Shown here one piece after another: positions 36,919 to 44,646 of a stretch of 64,000 bases of DNA; the first letter of the stretch is position 1, and each line of letters starts with the position of its first letter. A program made the translations under genes and the position numbers. The notes beneath the pieces are model-generated. The model made no database searches and was not told the origin of the DNA. It was given only the letters and a program-made list of their open reading frames with translations. The stretch is from a virus. The stretch is from the IMG/VR virus record IMGVR_UViG_3300037427_004270; one strand, written 5' to 3'.

Positions 36919-37179
36919 TTAATACTCCCCCACATCTGCGTCAAAGCACCATTTTTCAATCTTAGCCTCTTCAAAGAGATCATCTTGGCAGGACTGGCAA
37001 AGGCCAGAAATTTCAAACTCCTTAGCATCCGCATTAGTGCGGAATTTGGTCACAGGCATGCCGCAACCAATGGGTGCGGATACGCAAACCTCATCAAGAA
37101 TGGCTTGCTCGCGGTTAACGCCGAACGTGGCCTTGAGATGGTTGTCAATACGGGGGCTTTTAATAGTTGGAATAAGCAT
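36919..37179 (-). CDS. small Cys4 zinc-binding phage protein
   Basis: CVSAPIGCG..EFEISGLCQSCQD; AAGGAG RBS. Confidence 0.65.
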   Translation of the reverse strand: MLIPTIKSPRIDNHLKATFGVNREQAILDEVCVSAPIGCGMPVTKFRTNADAKEFEISGLCQSCQDDLFEEAKIEKWCFDADVGEY

Positions 37180-37190
37180 AGTGTCTCCTT

Positions 37191-37424
37191 TTAGTCTCGA
37201 TAACAGCCATAGTCCCAAGCATCTGGGCTAGACTTTTCAATCTTGTGGTCATAAGTAACGCGAGCGAGCTGCAGAATGCGGTCGCGGCTTTCATCATCGA
37301 GTTCCCCCAAGTCAGAAAGAAAGCTCAAAAAGTCAATATCTGCAAAAGAGTTCACAGACTTTTTGAGGTGTTGTTCGGTTGCGCTCATGCGCTCTTCAAG
37401 ATATAATTCGTGTGCTGTTTTCAT
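37191..37424 (-). CDS. hypothetical protein
   Basis: 77 aa, AGGAG RBS. Confidence 0.6.
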   Translation of the reverse strand: MKTAHELYLEERMSATEQHLKKSVNSFADIDFLSFLSDLGELDDESRDRILQLARVTYDHKIEKSSPDAWDYGCYRD

Positions 37425-37433
37425 TCGAGTCTC

Positions 37434-37679
37434 CTATAAAGAAAATACTGCTGATACTTCGTTGTTAATTGCTTCTACATAATGCATGCCAGGTAGCTCG
37501 TTAGACACTTGTCCCCACTCAGTAAGACGGCTAACAGAAGGCATACCATTGGTATGGTATATAATAACCTCAGCGGAGGGTGCCCACTCGCCGGGGTCTT
37601 CGCTTGCAGGGCAAATGCACTGTGGATTGACCGTCATGCAGAATACTTTTTCAATTGCTTTTGTTACTTGATGTTCCAT
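37434..37679 (-). CDS. hypothetical protein
   Basis: 81 aa, AGGAG RBS. Confidence 0.6.
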   Translation of the reverse strand: MEHQVTKAIEKVFCMTVNPQCICPASEDPGEWAPSAEVIIYHTNGMPSVSRLTEWGQVSNELPGMHYVEAINNEVSAVFSL

Positions 37680-37682
37680 ATC

Positions 37683-37979
37683 TTACTCTCCTTCTGTTAA
37701 TAGTGTTTCTTCAACTTCATCAACCGGAATCCAGCCGAACCATCGAGGGTATTTTGCCTGCTTGGGATCTCTCTCTAGGCTGCAAAATGCCTGACACTTG
37801 CGGCCCTTGAACCCAAAGACGTTTTCTGAAAACTCGTCTCCACGGTTGCCAATTGGCCCTTCTTCCTCTGAGAAGGGGATGATAGTATGCTCCCTGAAGC
37901 GGTTCTTTGTTCGCTTGGTTGCGTTTTTGCTAGGCTTAAACATTATTGTTGCTCCTGTTCCAAAAGGTCGTCGTAACAA
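37683..37979 (-). CDS. hypothetical protein
   Basis: 98-aa ORF in co-directional array; start uncertain. Confidence 0.5.
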   Translation of the reverse strand: MLRRPFGTGATIMFKPSKNATKRTKNRFREHTIIPFSEEEGPIGNRGDEFSENVFGFKGRKCQAFCSLERDPKQAKYPRWFGWIPVDEVEETLLTEGE

Positions 37980-38164
37980 CCACCATGTTGATCAAAAATT
38001 TGGTCTTTCAATTGCTCAAGTGTATACTCGGTGTAAAATTGCTGATGAAGTGTTTCTATTGCCATCGTAACAAGGGTATCCATATCCATATCATCAACTA
38101 AGCGGGTCGCATAGTTTTCTGCTAAAGTGTTGTGTGTCATTTTGTCGCTTGAGTTATTAACCAT
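37943..38164 (-). CDS. hypothetical acidic protein
   Basis: 73 aa; ends LEQEQQ like 38387..38725. Confidence 0.6.
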   Translation of the reverse strand: MVNNSSDKMTHNTLAENYATRLVDDMDMDTLVTMAIETLHQQFYTEYTLEQLKDQIFDQHGGCYDDLLEQEQQ

Positions 38165-38387
38165 TGATAATATCCTTCGAGTTAAAGAGTTTAGATGGGC
38201 ATTCGCTCATAACAATTGTTTGAATGCGAGGCTTTGTGATACCAAAGTTCTTAACAAGCTCATCGCGGGTGGCGTGTGCCTGTGTTGATGAGTTAATTCG
38301 AGTACACAAAAGCGACTCTTCAATACCATCGGGGATAATACCCCAAATTGCATATTCTACTTCACTGGTTATATCTTTATCGTTCAT
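38157..38387 (-). CDS. hypothetical protein
   Basis: 76 aa, coupled to upstream stop. Confidence 0.6.
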   Translation of the reverse strand: MNDKDITSEVEYAIWGIIPDGIEESLLCTRINSSTQAHATRDELVKNFGITKPRIQTIVMSECPSKLFNSKDIING

Positions 38388-38725
38388 TATTGTTGTTCCT
38401 GTTCTACTGCCATTCGTGCTGCTGTTTTCAAAATACTTACCAAACCCGCTTGTGTTGGGAAGTCTTCAACCATGTCCCATTCAAATTTATTGGGCAAGAA
38501 GCCATTAACGCTTGCGGTTGCGGCTGCATTGTCCCACTTCTGCAGCGAGATATGATTGAAGTGTCCGTCATTGCGAGTATCGGACAACCACTTAGTGGTA
38601 AATACATCTTTTACAAATTCAACCAAAGCAGGTTTAACCAATTGACGATAGTATGTCTGATGATCTATCGAGCTTCTAAGATAGTCGCTTCTGGTATAAA
38701 TGAATGGTTTTAAGATATTCGGCAT
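38387..38725 (-). CDS. hypothetical protein
   Basis: 112 aa, AGGAG RBS. Confidence 0.65.
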   Translation of the reverse strand: MPNILKPFIYTRSDYLRSSIDHQTYYRQLVKPALVEFVKDVFTTKWLSDTRNDGHFNHISLQKWDNAAATASVNGFLPNKFEWDMVEDFPTQAGLVSILKTAARMAVEQEQQ

Positions 38726-38734
38726 AATAAACTC

Positions 38735-38932
38735 CTATTGGCTTTCGGTGAATTGGTCATAAGATGCAGACTTTTCTGATGCTTTGTAACCATTGTTATA
38801 TCCATGCTCAAATGCGGCGCGGTTTGTATCAAATATTCTTTTATAATAAGAACCATTAATATCCTTATATACGCCCAAGACCTTCGAACGATCTCCAACG
38901 GTTGTTACATACGTTTTGAACTCTTTCATCAT
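38735..38932 (-). CDS. hypothetical protein
   Basis: 65 aa, first gene after promoter. Confidence 0.55.
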   Translation of the reverse strand: MMKEFKTYVTTVGDRSKVLGVYKDINGSYYKRIFDTNRAAFEHGYNNGYKASEKSASYDQFTESQ

Positions 38933-38964
38933 TTTTGTTTCCTTTGCCTCTTTAAGATGTACCC

Positions 38965-38992
38965 ATTATACCAAGCCTGACAGAAATAGCAA
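38965..38992 (-). promoter_or_regulatory. sigma70-type promoter
   Basis: TTGCTA-16 bp-TATAAT. Confidence 0.6.
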
Positions 38993-39019
38993 GGCTTTTT
39001 TCATCTTTTTTTCTCTTTA

Positions 39020-39140
39020 ATTCCGGCAACTTACGCAAAAAGCGACAATCAGGTACTTACGCGCATTTGCTTGACTTGTGGCCACTTTCAGGTACTTACG
39101 TGGATCTGCTTTTGGGGGTAGATCCATCGGCATGTCGCAC
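39020..39140. repeat. structured non-coding element, copy 2
   Basis: Homologous to 30358-30470; contains 13-bp direct repeat TCAGGTACTTACG at 39049 and 39088. Confidence 0.8.
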
Positions 39141-39144
39141 ATAC

Positions 39145-39171
39145 AAAAAAACCCCCTAAAAACAGGGGGTT
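39145..39171 (-). terminator. intrinsic terminator
   Basis: AACCCCCT-6 nt-AGGGGGTT followed by a T run on the minus strand. Confidence 0.8.
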
Positions 39172-39187
39172 ACGTAAGTACTTGTAT

Positions 39188-39493
39188 TCATTGAAGTTTT
39201 CTCTTCCAGTGTTCTATGGTCTTGACCTTCTTGCCCACCGGACAGATCTCGTATGTTCCACCGTTAAAGGCCGTCATAACAAAACGTATGCCCTTAACAT
39301 TCACAAGGATCTTCCTCTCCCACATATCAACATCTTCCACCACCGCTATGCGACAATGGAAAGCGTGAACAAATGCATCAATATACTTTTCCACCTGTGG
39401 CAGTGTCGGAACCTTTGCTACTATCGGCAAAGATACAATAGCAAAGGAAAAGACACACCCCAGAAAAAAGCTTAGCACATTGCCTCGGCTCAC
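39188..39493 (-). CDS. exported hypothetical protein
   Basis: N-terminal hydrophobic segment FFLGCVFSFAIVSLPIVA. Confidence 0.6.
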   Translation of the reverse strand: MSRGNVLSFFLGCVFSFAIVSLPIVAKVPTLPQVEKYIDAFVHAFHCRIAVVEDVDMWERKILVNVKGIRFVMTAFNGGTYEICPVGKKVKTIEHWKRKLQ

Positions 39494-39819
39494 ACATCCC
39501 CAGCCTTTGCTGATGCGGCGTACTCATTGAACCTTTCGATGATCTGCTCAAAAGTTGCCTTGTCTTTTAAAGAAAAGCTGGTTGTCACAAAACGAATGTC
39601 CACATTCTCTGTGTCAATCGCTGTGTTTCCTTCTTCATCTTCTTTCAGAACTTGCTTGGGTAGGTAGAATTCGTTTACTCCCTCTGGTTTTAAAACAATA
39701 ACATAGTCTTCACTATCGTTGATGTTATATTTGTCTTCCATTTCGATATTGCCCTTCATTGCTTCTTCTTTTTTTGTCATTCGACTTCCTTTCGTTTTTA
39801 TCTTAATTGTAATAGGCAA
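39490..39819 (-). CDS. hypothetical protein
   Basis: 109-aa ORF; start uncertain. Confidence 0.6.
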   Translation of the reverse strand: MPITIKIKTKGSRMTKKEEAMKGNIEMEDKYNINDSEDYVIVLKPEGVNEFYLPKQVLKEDEEGNTAIDTENVDIRFVTTSFSLKDKATFEQIIERFNEYAASAKAGDV

Positions 39820-40045
39820 AAGAGTCAGAACTCTTTCGCTTTCTTAGGCGAGTTTCTTTCTCCACAACGACGAGTGCTTTGCGAACTTCGGTCAGAGAAG
39901 CTGATGGCATCTCTTGTCTCTCAAGGATGTCGTTTACCTCTTCTCTTATCTGTCTTGCTGTTTTGAAGTGTATGTACGACAGAACGTCGATCACACACAA
40001 TTCTATTTCTTTTCTCTCTGCTTTGGTCATAGGGCCTCCTCCCAT
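39803..40045 (-). CDS. small winged-HTH-like protein
   Basis: FKTARQIREEV..SLTEVRKAL helix pattern. Confidence 0.45.
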   Translation of the reverse strand: MGGGPMTKAERKEIELCVIDVLSYIHFKTARQIREEVNDILERQEMPSASLTEVRKALVVVEKETRLRKRKSSDSFAYYN

Positions 40046-40239
40046 TATCCAAGAACTTTGACTAAAAATGTAACGTCGATATAATTGCTTATTAATACTT
40101 TATCACATAAAGAAGAAACTTTAATATATTTTCTTTGCATGGTGCCATAATCTATGGTTTTTATCTTTTCTTCTAGTATTATGACGACGGAGCCATCAAC
40201 TAAAGAGACGAGCTCACCTCTCTTGTATCGAGCTTCCAC
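40045..40239 (-). CDS. SH3/KOW-like protein
   Basis: YKRGELVSL..VIILEE. Confidence 0.55.
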   Translation of the reverse strand: MEARYKRGELVSLVDGSVVIILEEKIKTIDYGTMQRKYIKVSSLCDKVLISNYIDVTFLVKVLG

Positions 40240-40241
40240 AA

Positions 40242-40442
40242 TTAACCTGAAATTTCCTGCAGCTCTTGTGGCTGGAAGTATAAAACCTTCTGAGTATTTC
40301 CCCTGGAGATTGGGACAGAAACGGCAACTACGTCACCCTCGCAGAATGTCTCTATTGACACAACGCTCCCCTGTAAACCAATCAGCTCATCGCTAATGCC
40401 AAGTAGATCTTCTTTAATTAAAACAATAGAACCTATTTTCAA
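40242..40442 (-). CDS. SH3/KOW-like protein
   Basis: MKIGSIVLIKE..QGSVVSI..VAVSV. Confidence 0.6.
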   Translation of the reverse strand: MKIGSIVLIKEDLLGISDELIGLQGSVVSIETFCEGDVVAVSVPISRGNTQKVLYFQPQELQEISG

Positions 40443-40729
40443 AACTGCTCTCCTCTTTCGTTAATCATTTCATAGTACTTAACTATCCACTTCAATGTCC
40501 TCATGAATGCTGCCCTCTTCTTTTTCAAATCCTTTGCCTCGTCTTTGTCAACACAATGATACGTCCTCACTGTTGACTCTATGCATGCGAACAGGCTATA
40601 GAGATAGCAGTTCACAAGGAGGGATGACTTATCTGGCTCATTCTGCCAGCCTTCGTCATCGTCAGCGGAGAGAATTTTCCAAAGGTTCCCCTCGTTCCCT
40701 ACCTCTAACGGTTTTAAGTGTGTCGCCAT
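40439..40729 (-). CDS. hypothetical protein
   Basis: Start MATHL with GGAGG RBS. Confidence 0.6.
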   Translation of the reverse strand: MATHLKPLEVGNEGNLWKILSADDDEGWQNEPDKSSLLVNCYLYSLFACIESTVRTYHCVDKDEAKDLKKKRAAFMRTLKWIVKYYEMINERGEQF

Positions 40730-40910
40730 GTTTGTACCCTCCGGAAGATATTTCCATAAAACATTCTCGATGCTCAACACATTTACGAATGTCGCGGCCA
40801 CAAAGCCAAGCTACTCGATAAGTGTTCTTTTCTCTTCCTGGCCCGACAACGACTCCCACTCCGTAGGAAACATTCCAAGGCTTTACTCCGAGAACAAGAG
40901 CTCCGTCCAT
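40662..40910 (-). CDS. possible SH3-like protein
   Basis: GVGVVVG..TYRVAW pattern; overlaps next gene. Confidence 0.4.
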   Translation of the reverse strand: MDGALVLGVKPWNVSYGVGVVVGPGREKNTYRVAWLCGRDIRKCVEHRECFMEISSGGYKHGDTLKTVRGRERGEPLENSLR

Positions 40911-40913
40911 ATA

Positions 40914-42098
40914 CTAAATACCCAGAACCTTCTCATTCCCGCATTTAAAATTTGTATAAGACATAACTCTTTTCGGAGCGATCCAAAGACGCTTGCACAT
41001 ACTTCGGCCTGGAGTCGGGGCTCCAAGGTCTGTAACGACGATATGAGCATCATAATTGTGCTCATTCACATACTTTGTCGGTGCATCAAAACATGTACCT
41101 CCAGTCAATACTCTCTCTCGTTTTACGCTATGTCCCTTCTTTACTCTGACAATCTTATCCTCGTGGACCCTTGTATCGAAAGGTATAAGATCAAAGTCAA
41201 CAATGCTGCTCAGTACACTAATCTCAGAAAAGAATTCGGCCAACATCTTATCGTCAACCGAGCCGGACTGATCTAGGCTCAGGGCTATCTTTGCAACTCT
41301 TCTAACTTTCTTGGCTGGAAAGACGTATGGAAACCTCTTGTTTATTTTTCTAACTGTGCTGTTCTTTTCCATTCTTTGGGAAGTCTTACAGAAATACCTG
41401 AGTACTTTTTGCCAACTAACTCTTGCTCCAACATATTTGTCGATAAGTTTGTTTTTCATCTCCGCTGTAACGGTTCCCCACCTGTTTGTCTTTGAACAGT
41501 CGCTAACTGCTTTCGAGATAGCATCCTCTAGCTTGCTGTTTGCTATCTCAGAGCCTACAGAGGCTTTTGCATCGCCCGGTGTATCACCAGTCGCCGGTGC
41601 CCACTCCTCGTGGCTGTCGAGCTCTGAGACACCATCAACATCCTCGTCGGACATCTGGGAAAGTATGGCCTGATAATACCACTCTGAGGTTTTTCCAGCA
41701 GGCATGTTCTCAAAAGGACCTTTTCCTGGGAAGCATGCAATATCTGGTAGCTCGCCCTCCAGGTGACTGTTGATGGCAAGATCTGCAGCGATGTTCCAAA
41801 CCTTATGGTTTGTTCTCTTTTCTGCAGTGACGTGGTTAAAGATAAGATGATAGAACTCGTGCTTTAGAACGCCCAAGATCTCTCTAGCTGGTAATGAATT
41901 TATAAACTCTTCATTGTAGAGAAGTTGAAAGCGGCTCGTCGATTCGTTGAAGCGAACTCCGCAAGTGGGCACACTGCTGTCACTTATCTTATCTATCTGT
42001 AGAGAAATGTATGAGAAAAACGGCTCGTCCCTCAATAGGGCAGACAAGTGCTTTCTCATATCAAACTTTCTTTTACTCATCTTTCTGGTCCTCGACAA
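40914..42098 (-). CDS. DUF2201-type metallopeptidase/vWA protein
   Basis: LKHEFYHLIFNH (HExxH), WNIAADLAINSHL, LDQSGSV MIDAS, GGTCF, VVTDL. Confidence 0.88.
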   Translation of the reverse strand: MSRTRKMSKRKFDMRKHLSALLRDEPFFSYISLQIDKISDSSVPTCGVRFNESTSRFQLLYNEEFINSLPAREILGVLKHEFYHLIFNHVTAEKRTNHKVWNIAADLAINSHLEGELPDIACFPGKGPFENMPAGKTSEWYYQAILSQMSDEDVDGVSELDSHEEWAPATGDTPGDAKASVGSEIANSKLEDAISKAVSDCSKTNRWGTVTAEMKNKLIDKYVGARVSWQKVLRYFCKTSQRMEKNSTVRKINKRFPYVFPAKKVRRVAKIALSLDQSGSVDDKMLAEFFSEISVLSSIVDFDLIPFDTRVHEDKIVRVKKGHSVKRERVLTGGTCFDAPTKYVNEHNYDAHIVVTDLGAPTPGRSMCKRLWIAPKRVMSYTNFKCGNEKVLGI

Positions 42099-43194
42099 AG
42101 CTCAAAATGTCAACGATATATTCACGAATAACAGTACCATCCGCTGTTTTAGATTTGTGAAATGCCACAATGTTTTTAAGTTCCCCCGAACCGATGATCG
42201 ACCAAAGCTTGGCAGCGGCCTCGGAAGGAACCTTGACAAAGTATTCACACACGTTTGCAAGCACCTCTTCTTCGATCTCTTCAGGGCCGATGAAAAGAGC
42301 TGAATTCTCCTCATCTAATTTCTCGATAAGATCGCAATGCTCTGATAGGGTGAAGTCCTCCACCAAGTCCAGCTTACCATCATAAAACACATCCTCGATA
42401 GAGACTTTTCTTTCGCAGTTTTTCAGATAGTCAGCAAAGGACACAGATGCCTGCATGCCAACAAAAGAGCATGAGATGTTGTAAATGGACTCTAGAACGA
42501 ATTCATCCTTATTGTGCATGTATTGTTGAATGAGCTCACCTACCGTGGTGCTTAGTCGATCCCAAGATCTTCGACTAGGATATACGGTGCCGGGAGAGTG
42601 CTCCTCTGCAAACTCTAAGAACTTTGGCTCTCTGTCCAGGAAGTCAATAATTTCCGAGACAACTTTTCCTTTGGCCCAAGCCTTCCAATCTTCATGCGAA
42701 GGGTCAACATCAAAGACCGACCACCTGTCTAACTCTGCAGGGTCCATCTCTCCCACTTGGTATGAAGAGCTTTCCTGAGCTCCTCCGTTAATGGCTGCGA
42801 AGATGATGGTGTCCGGGTGTAGCGTCCAGCCTGCCAGCTTTCTGCTGTCCGTTAACTCAAAAATACCCTGTCGGACTTCGAGGACCGCACGATCAATTTC
42901 GTCGAAGAAAAGCACAACAGGCTCAGTGCATGCTTGCACTAGCCATGAAAACGGTCTAAACCTTGATGCCTTCTGGCCATTGACATCGTAAGACTCCTGG
43001 CTCGGGATACCAAGTAAGTCACCCTCTGTCATCTGAGAAGCTCGGCGCTCTACAACTGGAAGCTCGACGGTATTCGCGAACTGGTATATAACCTGGCTTT
43101 TTCCAATCCCATGCTTCCCTCTAAGAAGCACAGGCAACCTAGCACTGGTTACTAACGGAAGGCATCTATTCAACGAAGAAAAAGAAATGCTCAT
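42073..43194 (-). CDS. MoxR-like AAA+ ATPase
   Basis: Walker A GKHGIGKS, Walker B LFFDEIDRA, MDPAELDRW, PSRRSW. Confidence 0.9.
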   Translation of the reverse strand: MSISFSSLNRCLPLVTSARLPVLLRGKHGIGKSQVIYQFANTVELPVVERRASQMTEGDLLGIPSQESYDVNGQKASRFRPFSWLVQACTEPVVLFFDEIDRAVLEVRQGIFELTDSRKLAGWTLHPDTIIFAAINGGAQESSSYQVGEMDPAELDRWSVFDVDPSHEDWKAWAKGKVVSEIIDFLDREPKFLEFAEEHSPGTVYPSRRSWDRLSTTVGELIQQYMHNKDEFVLESIYNISCSFVGMQASVSFADYLKNCERKVSIEDVFYDGKLDLVEDFTLSEHCDLIEKLDEENSALFIGPEEIEEEVLANVCEYFVKVPSEAAAKLWSIIGSGELKNIVAFHKSKTADGTVIREYIVDILSFVEDQKDE

Positions 43195-43216
43195 TTTTTA
43201 TCCTTTTGTGTTTTAG

Positions 43217-44218
43217 TTAATAGTTGTTGTACTTGCGGCTTGATGAGATCATCTCATCAGTCCTCTTTATGAAGGCTCTTGCTATATCATACCACTGTTG
43301 TTCGGTAATGTCAATAGCTAGATCAATGTTTTTTTGATTTTCTTGTATTGGCTCTCCGGATGGAGAAATAACCTCAACATTACTAGACAGTTCTATAAAC
43401 TTATATCCGCTGGCCAGCTCTGCATGCAAGCTTTCGAGCAACGTTCCGAGAACCTGCATCGCGCTTCTCTCTCCCTTTGACAGCTCTTCAATAGCGTTGA
43501 TGTCGTGAGCCTCAAGTTGTCGATACAAAGCTGCAACCTGCCTCTGAGAGTAAAGGGTGCATGCATGAAGAAATGGTGTGTTTATCTTTATGATTTCCCT
43601 CTCTCGAAAGTCACACTTATGATATGCAGTAGAGTAGGCATTGTGAGTCTTTGTCTTTTTTTTGGGAGGAGCAAAAGGTAGAGAGCTAAGTTCTATAAAC
43701 TTGTCTCTTGCATACACTCCCTTTAGCATCTTCCTAAAAGATTTGTCACTCATTCCCCTGGGCTTTTGTCTCTTCATATCCGCACTCAATTCGTGCTTAT
43801 AGTTGTGCACTGCCCACAAATTGTAATACATCTTTTCTGCCATCCTTCGAAGAATAGGAAAGGCGTTGGTGAACGAAGGACCAAACAAGCCAGAGTTTGC
43901 GAGAGGGAGAGCAGTGACAGCGAAAGTATTCGTGCTGCCAGTCTTGGATGAGTCATACAAGCTGCTACCTAAAGTTCCTGGAGTAAAGCTTCTACTTGGT
44001 TCGTAGACATATTCATTGCTTGTCTTCGAATAAAAATAGTGGGGTTTATTTTTTATCTTCAAGATAGACATGTGGCCAACACCATTCTTATTGAGTTCCT
44101 CGAATAGACCTCTAAAGAAAAGCTTAGCACACTCCCGAACAAGGGGAATGTGCTTTGCTTTGTGTGGACACTTTCGAATATCGTGAGTCGGCTCTTTGCA
44201 GTACGAGCATTTTCTCAT
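43217..44218 (-). CDS. zinc-knuckle (CCHC) protein
   Basis: RKCSYCKEPTHDIRKC at N-terminus. Confidence 0.65.
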   Translation of the reverse strand: MRKCSYCKEPTHDIRKCPHKAKHIPLVRECAKLFFRGLFEELNKNGVGHMSILKIKNKPHYFYSKTSNEYVYEPSRSFTPGTLGSSLYDSSKTGSTNTFAVTALPLANSGLFGPSFTNAFPILRRMAEKMYYNLWAVHNYKHELSADMKRQKPRGMSDKSFRKMLKGVYARDKFIELSSLPFAPPKKKTKTHNAYSTAYHKCDFREREIIKINTPFLHACTLYSQRQVAALYRQLEAHDINAIEELSKGERSAMQVLGTLLESLHAELASGYKFIELSSNVEVISPSGEPIQENQKNIDLAIDITEQQWYDIARAFIKRTDEMISSSRKYNNY

Positions 44219-44226
44219 ATTCTAAC

Positions 44227-44571
44227 CTACTTCTTTTTCTTGGTAGATGTCTTTGTCTTCTTGGCGGGTGTTTTTGGTTTTGGCTTTGCTTTAGGTTGGG
44301 CCTTCTTTGTCGGCGGGGCCACAGCCTTAGTCGCTCTATCCTTCAAGGATTTCACTTCTTGTTTTGCTTCGTCCAATTTTGACTTTAAGTACAGCACTTC
44401 GTTTTCAAGGGAAACCTTGTCATACAAAGCTGCTCGAAGTCTTGCTTGTGCTTCTTCGTACTTCTTTTCCATGTCTATCAATGCTGCATTAACTTTCTTT
44501 TGCAGATCGGGGGACAAGAGTCTTGAAGTGTTTTGTGCCACACTTTTCATGGCTTCTCTTAAACTAGGCAT
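44227..44571 (-). CDS. coiled-coil protein with Lys/Pro/Ala-rich (histone-H1-like) tail
   Basis: KKAQPKAKPKPKTPAKKTKTSTKKKK C-terminus; AGGAG RBS. Confidence 0.65.
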   Translation of the reverse strand: MPSLREAMKSVAQNTSRLLSPDLQKKVNAALIDMEKKYEEAQARLRAALYDKVSLENEVLYLKSKLDEAKQEVKSLKDRATKAVAPPTKKAQPKAKPKPKTPAKKTKTSTKKKK

Positions 44572-44607
44572 AATATTCCTCTCCTTATGTGAGATCGTGT
44601 TTTCAAT

Positions 44608-44636
44608 ATTATATCAAATTTATTGTGGAATGTAAA
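44608..44636 (-). promoter_or_regulatory. sigma70-type promoter
   Basis: TTTACA-17 bp-TATAAT. Confidence 0.7.
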
Positions 44637-44646
44637 GTTATTTTTA

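Noticed and set aside
39145-39171. CCCCCT/AGGGGG hairpin as a second copy of the 28289 palindrome
   Set aside because: It is adequately explained as an intrinsic terminator with a T-tract; the similarity is limited to homopolymer runs.
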